64,000 nt of DNA from a virus. Of this stretch, positions 18,258-27,482 are shown one piece after another. Positions within the stretch are counted from its first letter, which is position 1. Every line of letters begins with the position of its first letter. Where the stretch lies: the IMG/VR virus record IMGVR_UViG_3300044808_000010, positions 6,891 to 70,890 of that record; one strand, written 5' to 3'. Below the pieces are notes generated by a model. The model did not search any database. It saw nothing but the letters and a program-made list of their open reading frames with translations, and was not told the origin of the DNA. Both the position numbers and the translations under genes were made by a program.

Positions 18258-18848
18258 ATGCCAATGAACCCTATCTGTGGTAATTGCGACAACCCCAAAC
18301 GCAAAGTCGGACGCGGCTTCCGCTGCGACACCTGCGCCGCGCCTCCCGCTCCGCCTGACTTTAGCCAAGAGGCCATTCGGCGGTTCTGGTCGAAGGTTGA
18401 CAAGACACCCGGCCAAGGCCCGCAGGGGGAGTGTTGGGAGTGGGCGGCGGGCCGTGACAGAGATGGCTACGGACAGTTTGCAGGCAAGAAGTGGGCGTTG
18501 CGTGCGCATCGCTATTCTTGGCTGCTTGCCCATCCCGGAGAAGTTCTCACCACCGCAGACCACGCCGCGCATACTTGCGATAATCCGCCTTGCGTGCGCT
18601 CGGATCATCTGTTCAAAACGACCACACAGGGTAATAATCAAGACAAAATGGAAAAGGGACGCCATCGCGGAGAGAGCCCTGGCGAGGATCATCATAACGC
18701 TAAGATCACCGAAGACGACGTAAGGGAGATTCGCCGTCGCTACGCCGCCGGAGGCGTAAGCCAGTCGGCTCTCGGTGCTGAATACGGGCTGTGTCAGTCT
18801 CATATTAAAGATATCGTGAACTTCCAACGCTGGAAGCATGTCGCCTAG
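18258..18848 (+). CDS. HNH homing endonuclease inserted antisense in the tail operon
   Basis: RFWSKVDK, CWEW, GYG, RAHRYSW, HTCDNPPCVRSDHL, C-terminal HTH. Confidence 0.9.
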   Translation: MPMNPICGNCDNPKRKVGRGFRCDTCAAPPAPPDFSQEAIRRFWSKVDKTPGQGPQGECWEWAAGRDRDGYGQFAGKKWALRAHRYSWLLAHPGEVLTTADHAAHTCDNPPCVRSDHLFKTTTQGNNQDKMEKGRHRGESPGEDHHNAKITEDDVREIRRRYAAGGVSQSALGAEYGLCQSHIKDIVNFQRWKHVA

Positions 18849-20605
18849 ACCTGGCTCTCTACTTGTTTCTCATTGTGAGAAAGTGGCGTCACGCGCCCCA
18901 TTCCAGCGAAGTAATTGTACTCAGGCTTGCGCATTTGAATCTTTATGACAGCCGATCTCTGCGTCACGAGTCGAATTGATACAATCTTATCCAGCCGTAG
19001 CGCAATCTTTTTCTCGCCGCCATGCTCCGCAACTACCACCGGATCGCCTATCTTTAACCGCGAAACAGGAGTCCCAATCGGGTCGCCAAAGTACGTTAAG
19101 AGCCGGTGCGTTTCAGTGCATTTCAGCGTACCGCCAAGTTCCGTCCTGACACGATAAATCTTGTCAACATGCCCTTCCTTGATGTTTTCAATCTCGCCAA
19201 TGACCAGAAGATCGCCTTGAACCGACAACAATCTATGCTTTCCAGCGATCAGTTCTTGCGCCATGACGGAGAAGATTCGCAGATTCTCGTCAACGCAATA
19301 CACCGGCATCCTCGCGGCTACACAGCGCTCGCCACCTTCACCCGGATTCGGCGGTTCAAATCCACTGCCGCCAGTCCCCGCACCGCCTTGCGATGAGCCT
19401 GCTGGCGCGGCGTCCTGCACCTGGGCGCCTTTATCGTCGTCGGCATGATGCGCGTAACTTCCCGCCGTCGGTGAGAGGCTTACGAGGTCAATCAGCATGC
19501 CGTGCGCGGCATCTGTACCAGTCAGCGCGGCGTCCCATCCAATCCTGAGCCACTGCTTGTCTGTAGTATTTCCCTGAATGTACGTCGGTGGGATTTGAAT
19601 CGTCAGCGTGTACTGACGCCACGCCGCGTCCACGCCGTCAATCGGGAAAGAGTCGAGTTCACCTTGCTGCGAATACGTGATTGCCTTCTGCTGCGTGGCG
19701 TCAGTGTCAGGGTAGTTACCGACCGTTTCTTGAATGTCGCCTTGGTCAAAATACTGCGTTACCGTGCTCTGCCGCGACAGCAGGACGTAGACGCCGCCTT
19801 TCTTTCGATAAATATCTGATTGAATAAAACCGGCAAAGCGCGGCCACGTCAGTCGCACGTACACCGAACCCGAAACAAAGCTGGCATTGCTGGGCGCGTT
19901 CGCCACCGTGACGACGGCGCTTTTGACCGTCTTCCCGTAATCGCTGGTCATCACGACCAGATACTCAGTCGAAGTAGTGGCGGCCGGCAGTCCTACCACT
20001 TCGGCCGTTACGGTGAATCCGTTTCCGTTGAGGAAGTCTCGTTGACCAAGAGTGTTGTCCCAAATTCCGGCATACAGCCGCCCGGGCACAACGACATTCG
20101 CTGAACGCTTGGCCGCAATCAATCCAACAGAAAAGATGCGCCCAGGAAAGGCGACGTTGAATGGAAGCGGGAAGTCCAGCGTTCGCGTCGAGCCCATCAT
20201 GGCGTAACCAATTGAGCGCTTCCAGTAGGGATCCATCGTTGGCGTATCTGAGCGCGCGGCGTCTGGTAACGCAGTCGAGGCCGCCACCAACGCGCCGGAG
20301 TAAACCGAGTCTTCCAGAAGCTGCTGGCCGACTGAAGGCGCAGGGTGTGTGTAGACTTGATAGCATTCATATCGAGCGTCATCCGCAACCGTGATGGCGC
20401 GCATGAAGTTATTCCACGAATAGCTGAAGTCGCCATCGCGAACGTAGTTATGAATGGCTGGCGCGCCGACGCCGGGAATGTTTTTGACAGTGCGATCGAG
20501 AAGGGTTTGCTGCGCCTGTAGCGTCGCAATCAGCGTCGCTTGCTGATTAACCAACACGCGTAGTCCGCGCACGCTGTCTTGAAGTGTGTCGAGATTGACA
20601 GTCAC
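18845..20605 (-). CDS. tail protein with C-terminal Hint (intein-like) domain
   Basis: After a Gly-rich linker: CVAARMPV...LKCTETHRLL...LKIGD...NYFAG...SHN. Confidence 0.8.
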   Translation of the reverse strand: MTVNLDTLQDSVRGLRVLVNQQATLIATLQAQQTLLDRTVKNIPGVGAPAIHNYVRDGDFSYSWNNFMRAITVADDARYECYQVYTHPAPSVGQQLLEDSVYSGALVAASTALPDAARSDTPTMDPYWKRSIGYAMMGSTRTLDFPLPFNVAFPGRIFSVGLIAAKRSANVVVPGRLYAGIWDNTLGQRDFLNGNGFTVTAEVVGLPAATTSTEYLVVMTSDYGKTVKSAVVTVANAPSNASFVSGSVYVRLTWPRFAGFIQSDIYRKKGGVYVLLSRQSTVTQYFDQGDIQETVGNYPDTDATQQKAITYSQQGELDSFPIDGVDAAWRQYTLTIQIPPTYIQGNTTDKQWLRIGWDAALTGTDAAHGMLIDLVSLSPTAGSYAHHADDDKGAQVQDAAPAGSSQGGAGTGGSGFEPPNPGEGGERCVAARMPVYCVDENLRIFSVMAQELIAGKHRLLSVQGDLLVIGEIENIKEGHVDKIYRVRTELGGTLKCTETHRLLTYFGDPIGTPVSRLKIGDPVVVAEHGGEKKIALRLDKIVSIRLVTQRSAVIKIQMRKPEYNYFAGMGRVTPLSHNEKQVESQV

Positions 20606-23382
20606 GAGGTAATTCCTGAAGAAACGCCATCTACGGTGCCCATGATGGTTGCGCCCAGCGATTGCACGTTTCCAGTAGTGGTCGGAATCGTTACGCCCAG
20701 CGCGTACGCATACGCCTCGCGCACTCGCACCCGCTTTGGCCGGGCAACATTTGACTTCGCGTACCGCGGGCTCCGCAGATAAATTCTCTTGGCAATCAAA
20801 AAGAACGCTTCAGAAACCGTCGTCGAGGCATTCAGGGCCGCCGCGCTCGCCAAAGGAACAGTCGGATCGGGATTGCAAAGCGTCACGCTCGTTGCAGTCG
20901 GCACGGTCTTAATCCTCGCCAGCAACGGCACGCCCGCCGCACCGGCGCCCATGATCAGTACATACGATCCGATGTCCGCCTGGGTAAAGAATCCCGCCGT
21001 GGATGTTGAAAGCGTGTTGGCGGCACTCGTTATCGCGCCATGATCGTCTTTCACGGGCCGGAAGTTGCGGTGAATCGACACATAGGCAATCCCGGACGCC
21101 GAGTCATACTGAATGTTATCCGCCACTTCCCAAATTGTCTTGGTGCGCCCTGTAACCGGCCCTTTCATCCAGTGCGAAATCGCCGTCGTGTTCGACCCGC
21201 TCCCGACATTGAAACTGTAAAGCGTGTGCGCGCCACTCCCATTCAGCGTGATCTTCATCTGCTTCTGCGACTGCACCGCCGACAAGGCCGCTCCTGCCGC
21301 GAAGTCAGAGTAAGGAATCACTGGCGACCAGCCGCCCTGCTTGAAACAGAATCCATAGCCCTGCGAACCATTCGAAACTGTCAATTGATTCGTGTTTGGA
21401 TGGAATTCCAAAACCGTATCGTCAGGCTCCCAATCCTTGATGGATTCTGCAATCGGCGCGGCAAACGTGCTGTCCGGCTGACCCAGTGCATTCAAGGTAA
21501 CGAGTTCGCCGCGAGCCGACATCAGGAACAAGACGCCATACGCCATGCACCAGGCGTGCGGATGCGCAATTCCAATGTCCGGCCACAGCGTTGTCAGAAT
21601 GCACGCTGGGCCTTCCGAGCCGCCAACATATTGAACCTGATGAATGCTGTCCCGACAGCCAACGTACAGGTAAGAGTCCGATTGGCGCCCTAACAATCCA
21701 ACAATCGGTTCCGGCAGATACAGAAGGTCAGTGGGCCGAAACGACTCAGGAAAGTTCTGCAGCGATTGCGCGATGCATGTACCTGGCCCCGAACTTGTCG
21801 GATCTGCCGTGGCGTCGGCGTAACACCCGCCCACCAAAGTCACGTTATTCAGCGCCGCGCAATGCGTTCCCGCCGGCGGCGGATAGTCGTCAATCCAAGC
21901 ATACTCTGAGGTCAGATCGCCATCCTGCCATTCAATTTCAATAGCTCTGAGCGTTCCAGTAACGTCGGTGATCGTCACCGTCGTCGCCGTATTGGCCGCC
22001 ACCGTCGCGCTCATTACAACGTCCGTGGCGTTCGTCACTGTAGCGATGGTGCGCGTCTGATAAGCCAGTGGGCCCGAACCGCCAGACAAGACAATCTGCT
22101 TCCCAACGTCTGCCTGCGTCCATGCCGCTGTGGCAGAGGTCAGCAACGTGGTTCCGTTCGTCACGCCATCCGCAATTGTTCGAGCATTCGTCAGCGGCAC
22201 CATGGCGTTGACTACCGCGGTGTTCCCAGAAGACGACCATGTGGCCGGGGCGGTCATCGTGACTTCGGTGGCGCTCACATACGCCTGAATCGTCGTTGTC
22301 AGCGATCCACCGCCGGAGAGCACGATCTGCTTCCCTATGTCCGAGGCGGTGAAGACCGCCGTGGCGGAGGTCAATGTCCGGGTGGAGTTCGTTACGGCGT
22401 CGGTGACGGTGCGCGTGAAATAGGTTTCCGGAACTTGCAGTGCGCCGGCGACGGGGCCGCGCTGGTATGGCCCAATCCCGCCAAAGCCCTTCTGAGTCAT
22501 AAAGAAGACCCAGTGCGAGCCGCCTGACTGCATTGTCGGCACCACTACTACAACAGTCTGTCCTGAAGCCGAGAAGACGTCAGAACTCGGAGACGCTATT
22601 GACTTCGCGCCCGTGGTTGCTCTGATTGCAGCAATCTTGATTGCCAGCGCTGGCGAGTTCAATAGGCCGGAGAAGCCTGGGCTGGGCGTAGTCTTGACGA
22701 ATACCTGCGGCGCGCTGGGTTGCGTCAGTCCGGCAGCGTATGGGCCAGAACCGGATGCGGTGTAGCTGCCATTTCGCGACAGCAGAATCTTCATCGTCGA
22801 AGACGCTATCGCGCCAGTTATCTTTGAGCCGTTGTAGAGGACTTGCCCTGCGCCGATATAGAACAGCGTGGACGCGATCGAGCCGAAGATGGAGCCCGCG
22901 CCATTCACCCGCGTGCCAAAAACATAGGCGAGATTTCCGGTGAAGGTTGCGCCGGAGTTCATGGGCTGCGTAAAGCCGGAATTGAGCCAGAGCGTCCCGC
23001 TTCCCGCGCTCACATATTTGAAGAAACCTATCTGGTCGATACCATTGACGCTCGACCCGATAAGTTGGATTGACTTCCCGTCATCGCTAGGCGCGAAAGG
23101 ATTTCCTGCATCGGTAAGAGTGTTTGCCGCGGCGGTGATTGAGCCGACCGTGCGCGAGGTGCCGGAAACGTAGTCAAGGAGCGCACCATAGCTGTTCTTG
23201 ACCTGCATCATCACCCTGCCGCCTTGGGCGAGAAAGGTTAATCCCTTGAACCCTTTTTTCTGGCTTCCGAGACAGAGGATGTTGCGTGATCCGAAGGCGA
23301 GGGCGTCAGACGGGCCAAGCCCATCCGGCGTGTCGATGTAGTCTGCCGTGAGGCTGACGTCGGCTAGAGTTTGAAGGTCCAT
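20602..23382 (-). CDS. large tail (nozzle-like) protein with four TLTSATAxFTxxDIGK repeats
   Basis: 926 aa, Thr/Ser/Gly-rich, internal repeats; position in tail operon. Confidence 0.7.
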   Translation of the reverse strand: MDLQTLADVSLTADYIDTPDGLGPSDALAFGSRNILCLGSQKKGFKGLTFLAQGGRVMMQVKNSYGALLDYVSGTSRTVGSITAAANTLTDAGNPFAPSDDGKSIQLIGSSVNGIDQIGFFKYVSAGSGTLWLNSGFTQPMNSGATFTGNLAYVFGTRVNGAGSIFGSIASTLFYIGAGQVLYNGSKITGAIASSTMKILLSRNGSYTASGSGPYAAGLTQPSAPQVFVKTTPSPGFSGLLNSPALAIKIAAIRATTGAKSIASPSSDVFSASGQTVVVVVPTMQSGGSHWVFFMTQKGFGGIGPYQRGPVAGALQVPETYFTRTVTDAVTNSTRTLTSATAVFTASDIGKQIVLSGGGSLTTTIQAYVSATEVTMTAPATWSSSGNTAVVNAMVPLTNARTIADGVTNGTTLLTSATAAWTQADVGKQIVLSGGSGPLAYQTRTIATVTNATDVVMSATVAANTATTVTITDVTGTLRAIEIEWQDGDLTSEYAWIDDYPPPAGTHCAALNNVTLVGGCYADATADPTSSGPGTCIAQSLQNFPESFRPTDLLYLPEPIVGLLGRQSDSYLYVGCRDSIHQVQYVGGSEGPACILTTLWPDIGIAHPHAWCMAYGVLFLMSARGELVTLNALGQPDSTFAAPIAESIKDWEPDDTVLEFHPNTNQLTVSNGSQGYGFCFKQGGWSPVIPYSDFAAGAALSAVQSQKQMKITLNGSGAHTLYSFNVGSGSNTTAISHWMKGPVTGRTKTIWEVADNIQYDSASGIAYVSIHRNFRPVKDDHGAITSAANTLSTSTAGFFTQADIGSYVLIMGAGAAGVPLLARIKTVPTATSVTLCNPDPTVPLASAAALNASTTVSEAFFLIAKRIYLRSPRYAKSNVARPKRVRVREAYAYALGVTIPTTTGNVQSLGATIMGTVDGVSSGITS

Positions 23383-23385
23383 GTC

Positions 23386-24108
23386 TCACGTTTGTAGTAC
23401 GCGCTGGGCGGTCAGTCCCACAGACTTTAGTGCCGCCACGGCGTCTTCTGGTGACTTCCCACGCACGATTTCGTCAGCCTGAAGGCGCGCTTGATGACGC
23501 CGCAGCGTTTGACCGTCAAGGGGCCGCGCGTTCATTGCGCCACAGTTCGAACAAACCAAAACGCTCATAATCCTGCCGTGCTTCTTAGACCAGACCGAAC
23601 GATGAATTCTCTCTGTTGTCACCAGATTAGGATTCGCCTCGATCGCTCGTTCGCACTTTGCGCCGCATCGAGCATCATCGTCGCGCCAAACCGCTTGGTG
23701 AAGCGCTTTGTATTCCTTTTTCAGCGCAGTCTCGCTTTTAGGCAATACGGTTAGCGCCTGTTCAAACTCACCCATAGTCGCCAGCGCTTCGGCCAGCAGC
23801 TTTGCGTAGTGATCGAACATGCGCCTTAATTCTTTGCGCTCTTCCTTCGTGTGCTGTTGATGTAATTCAAGCTCTACCGCCTTCAATCCTTCAAGCCAAT
23901 CCACCGCGACGCGGCGCGCCTGGGCGACCTGCGCCAAGTGAACGTCGAGTTGAATGTGAGGTGAGGACTCGGCCAAGCGCGCTTGCTCGCGAATGGACTC
24001 TTCAACTTTCTCAGGGGTTAGCTCAAGGTGGCGTCCGGCATCACCGATCTGAAACTCACTTCCATCGACCGCCTTGAATTTGAAGGTTTTTGGCTTTTCG
24101 TCTTTCAT
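23386..24108 (-). CDS. hypothetical protein
   Basis: Operon context; CSNCG motif. Confidence 0.65.
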   Translation of the reverse strand: MKDEKPKTFKFKAVDGSEFQIGDAGRHLELTPEKVEESIREQARLAESSPHIQLDVHLAQVAQARRVAVDWLEGLKAVELELHQQHTKEERKELRRMFDHYAKLLAEALATMGEFEQALTVLPKSETALKKEYKALHQAVWRDDDARCGAKCERAIEANPNLVTTERIHRSVWSKKHGRIMSVLVCSNCGAMNARPLDGQTLRRHQARLQADEIVRGKSPEDAVAALKSVGLTAQRVLQT

Positions 24109-25085
24109 GCCATCCTCATAATGAAGGCCAAGGAATAAAATACAGGCTCGTTATTTGCCGTGCTGTGCGCTGAGATCGCATGGTCATTCGGCTGCGTTAC
24201 CGCGTGACTCAGAACCGCCGAGGGACCGCCGCTCGTTACGGCATTATTCGTAACGCCGTGAGCATCTACCGAGCCGCCGCTGGCTGTGGGGACTCCGGCG
24301 GGCCATGCGACTGAACCTTGATTGGAAACTGTGTGAGACAGCGTTGCGCTGGGATTACCGCTTGTTACTGCGGGATTGTTGACAGTATGAGTCAGCGCTG
24401 CGCCCGGCCCGGCAGTTGTTCCTGAAGCTACCCCGCTCGTATTGTTGGCCGTCGATCCACTGAACGTCCCCGCTAACGTATTTGTTGCACCTGTCGTGCC
24501 CGCCATTGAAGCGCTTGTCGCCGTAGATCCAGCACTTGCTCGCGTTGGAATTGTGGAGGCCAACGTGCCCGCTGGATGGACGTGATTAGGAACATCTGTG
24601 TAGGTATGCGTGTGGCTTGCGTGGTTATCGACTGAGACGTTGGTAGTAACGCTATGCGTATGCGCGGCGTGATCGGATACAGCGATCCCGGAGATCGTGG
24701 GAACACCCGCAGGCCATGCAATTGTCGGCTGATTGAACGAGTGATTCGCTACCACGACATTCGATGTAACGCTGTGCGTATGTGAAGCGTGATCGGCGAC
24801 AGCCGCGCCAACATGAACCAAATTGGAGTGATTATCATGGGTATGCGTGGCGCTCCCGCCTGTCACGCCTGGGTCAATTCCCGCCGCTGCGCCTTTCGGA
24901 AACTTACTGCGAAGGTCTGGCGTGCCATTTGTGCCGTCACACAATTGCCAGTTGCTAGGAATGTTTACCAGCAACCCGCTAAACATGATGATCCCGCCGA
25001 TAGGAATAGCGCCCGGCCACGCCTCGATATTGACGTGCTCTTTGCCGGTCGCGGTTTCGACTAAAACTGTACGGGGACTCGTCAT
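24105..25085 (-). CDS. tail fibre with tail-collar domain
   Basis: IPIGGIIMFSG...WQLCDGTNGTPDLR; HTH/HxH repeats; NEP.FYSLAFIMR end. Confidence 0.85.
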   Translation of the reverse strand: MTSPRTVLVETATGKEHVNIEAWPGAIPIGGIIMFSGLLVNIPSNWQLCDGTNGTPDLRSKFPKGAAAGIDPGVTGGSATHTHDNHSNLVHVGAAVADHASHTHSVTSNVVVANHSFNQPTIAWPAGVPTISGIAVSDHAAHTHSVTTNVSVDNHASHTHTYTDVPNHVHPAGTLASTIPTRASAGSTATSASMAGTTGATNTLAGTFSGSTANNTSGVASGTTAGPGAALTHTVNNPAVTSGNPSATLSHTVSNQGSVAWPAGVPTASGGSVDAHGVTNNAVTSGGPSAVLSHAVTQPNDHAISAHSTANNEPVFYSLAFIMRMA

Positions 25086-25663
25086 CGTTTTGTCTGTGGG
25101 CGCATCCGCAGAAGATACTGACTGCCGAATGCCTGGAATTGACCTTCAAGTGATAGCGGGAGCGTCGTGTCAGCGCTATCCTCGCCAATCACCGGAACAA
25201 ATGGCCCGCTGAAAAGTATCGCCCCAATGTCGGCGTCCAGCGCGCCGTCCACGTTGCGAGTGTGCAAAACTGAGCCACTGAGTGCCCCGCAAATGAACAT
25301 GCCATCAGTGGGGCGACTCATCCTGAGTTGACCGATTTCACTCAGCAGATGAAACGGAGTGCCAAGATCGTCCGGGTCTTTTCGGAACTCGGTAACATGG
25401 AAGAAATCTCGCAGCCATCTATCCGGCGCGGCTTCATTTGCGGCGAGGTCGGCAGTTCCCGCCGTAACCGTGGCGCTGAAGAACGTAGTGGGCTTCAGCA
25501 GATCGCGCCGCAGCGGATCGTTGGCTATCGTCCGGGCAAACTCTTCGCAGATGGTCGGAATGTGCCCGGCAATATCAGGAATGGAGAAGCCGACCGCAGC
25601 CTCAGAGGCAGAGGTCAAAAGATCTCTGATCCCCTGGGCTGCGCCTGCCAATGACAAGGCCAC
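25082..25663 (-). CDS. putative head-tail adaptor
   Basis: Size and position; function inferred. Confidence 0.5.
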   Translation of the reverse strand: MALSLAGAAQGIRDLLTSASEAAVGFSIPDIAGHIPTICEEFARTIANDPLRRDLLKPTTFFSATVTAGTADLAANEAAPDRWLRDFFHVTEFRKDPDDLGTPFHLLSEIGQLRMSRPTDGMFICGALSGSVLHTRNVDGALDADIGAILFSGPFVPVIGEDSADTTLPLSLEGQFQAFGSQYLLRMRPQTKR

Positions 25664-25666
25664 GGG

Positions 25667-26083
25667 TTAGTCCTCTTCTCGGCGCGCCGTGATCGGGCTC
25701 CACGTACCTTCAATTGCTCCGATGTTCAAGTCGAAGTTCGTGCGGTTGCGCGCCAATAGACCGACAAAGGTTTCATCCTTCGCCATCCCGTCGCCAACTA
25801 CCTGAACGTCGCTCTGGAGTTCCAGAAAGCGATTGGAGCCCGCCAACTGAACCAGCGTGCCCTTCACGAGTCTGCGGCCGGCCGGGACAGATGCCAGTTC
25901 AGCGTCAGACATTGGCGCTTCCGTCTCCGTGGTTTGTACGCCTGCGTCGCCAACAGGGAGCGTGCCCGTCTCATCCCCATTCACAACGCTTTTGTCCCCC
26001 ATGGGGGAACTTTTCGGTGCCGCCTTTTTCGCGGTTTTCTTGGCGGCCTTTTTCGGCGCGGCCTTCTTTGCTGATTTCTTCAT
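25667..26083 (-). CDS. protein with Lys/Ala-rich histone-H1-like N-terminus
   Basis: MKKSAKKAAPKKAAKKTAKKAAPK; RBS GGAGG. Confidence 0.65.
   Translation of the reverse strand: MKKSAKKAAPKKAAKKTAKKAAPKSSPMGDKSVVNGDETGTLPVGDAGVQTTETEAPMSDAELASVPAGRRLVKGTLVQLAGSNRFLELQSDVQVVGDGMAKDETFVGLLARNRTNFDLNIGAIEGTWSPITARREED
25995..26008. repeat. dispersed palindrome copy 7 TCCCCCATGGGGGA
   Basis: SPMGD. Confidence 0.95.
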
Positions 26084-26084
26084 T

Positions 26085-26759
26085 TTAGCCTCCCTGTCGA
26101 ACAAACGTGTCTTGCGGTGGAATAACAGCTTCGAGGTTTTTGATGCCCATCAAATCCCGCTGAAACAACCCGCTGAAAGTTGTAAACAGATTCGAGTCCA
26201 GCGGGTCTTTCATCAACATCATTATCGCGCCGCGAGCGATGCGCGGTTCATCAATCGCCGGTGCCTGGCATGCAGATGTGATCGCCAAGTCGCTCGGCAC
26301 GAATATTTGCGCGGAATTCCCGGTAAAATACAAGCGCAACTCTTCATCTATGTGATAGCGCCCGCCAAAGATTGACGCTGAGCCATAGCGCCCGTCCGGG
26401 TTATCTAATAACTTGTTTATTTCGTCAATGCTCTGAACCTTAATGCCGCGACGAAAACTATCGCCAGAGGTCTTCTTGATTTCAATGAACCCGATGCGTC
26501 CAGGATGCGCTGGAATGTAGGCTCCATTTGCGACCGCCGCCACTGCGCCGTATTGCGAGCGATAACCGTCTCCAATGGTTTCCTGTCGCGTCCGAACGAC
26601 TTCAAAGTCAGCGTAAAGAATGGCGTCAGTAATGTGATCCGGGGAATACTTTTGTTGGTCGGTTAGAGTCGCCGCCACGTAGGACATGTCATCCGGCCCG
26701 GCATTCAGGATTGCCGGGATGATCTTCTGTACACGAGCTAGTGATGCGAGATTAGGCAT
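26085..26759 (-). CDS. putative head-completion/adaptor protein
   Basis: Size and position; function inferred. Confidence 0.5.
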   Translation of the reverse strand: MPNLASLARVQKIIPAILNAGPDDMSYVAATLTDQQKYSPDHITDAILYADFEVVRTRQETIGDGYRSQYGAVAAVANGAYIPAHPGRIGFIEIKKTSGDSFRRGIKVQSIDEINKLLDNPDGRYGSASIFGGRYHIDEELRLYFTGNSAQIFVPSDLAITSACQAPAIDEPRIARGAIMMLMKDPLDSNLFTTFSGLFQRDLMGIKNLEAVIPPQDTFVRQGG

Positions 26760-27482
26760 CTATCTTCGAATCCTCGGCGAACGTCGCCCACCATAGAACC
26801 TATCCATAGAGCCTTCCATCTGTGACCAGCCTTCTTCCTGCCCATGGAAGCGCCACATGTCCCATTCCTGCTCGTAGCCCTGCAAGATTTCTTGATTAAT
26901 CTTCCCGATGTTCTGCACAAGTCCAGCGGTGAAGAAGTTCGGCGCTTTAATCATCAATCGCGGCAAGGAAAGAATCACAGCGCGGCGGGGGATCATGTAC
27001 TTCAAAAGTCTAATTGGAAGTTCCAGATCGTCGTCCAACGTGCCGGGCTCATTTGAGTCCGGGTCGTGCCAGATTTTCAGGTGCGACCATGGGTCAAGTG
27101 CCGGATCCCATGACAATCGCATCGTGGGCGGCTGACCGTAGAACGCAACGGCGAGATTGCCTTCATCCGCTTCGTTATCCAAGTCCGGAATGTCAACGAT
27201 ATCAACCTTCTCCCAGTCTTCCGGATTGTCGGTAACGCGCCGCTCAACGTATAGCGCGGCGGTAAAGCCATCCTGATTGACCTGAAACTCGCGTGAGGGC
27301 ACGTCTATCTCAAAGAAACGGCCGGTAAGCAGGCGCCCCATCGCCGGGCCTGCCTGGTGCTGGTAGAAGCCCCAGCTTTCCATGCACGCCATCGTGGCCG
27401 CCTGTTCGTCAAAGAGTTCCCGAGAAGGATTTCCCAGGAACTCCAAGAGGATACCGCCCGTTTCTGAGAGTAGAGTGGTCAT
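26760..27482 (-). CDS. putative head-completion/adaptor protein
   Basis: Size and position; function inferred. Confidence 0.5.
   Translation of the reverse strand: MTTLLSETGGILLEFLGNPSRELFDEQAATMACMESWGFYQHQAGPAMGRLLTGRFFEIDVPSREFQVNQDGFTAALYVERRVTDNPEDWEKVDIVDIPDLDNEADEGNLAVAFYGQPPTMRLSWDPALDPWSHLKIWHDPDSNEPGTLDDDLELPIRLLKYMIPRRAVILSLPRLMIKAPNFFTAGLVQNIGKINQEILQGYEQEWDMWRFHGQEEGWSQMEGSMDRFYGGRRSPRIRR

Noticed and set aside
18231-18839. 202-aa minus-strand ORF and the many other antisense ORFs in the track
   Set aside because: They are shadows of well-supported genes on the opposite strand in GC-rich DNA and lack motifs.
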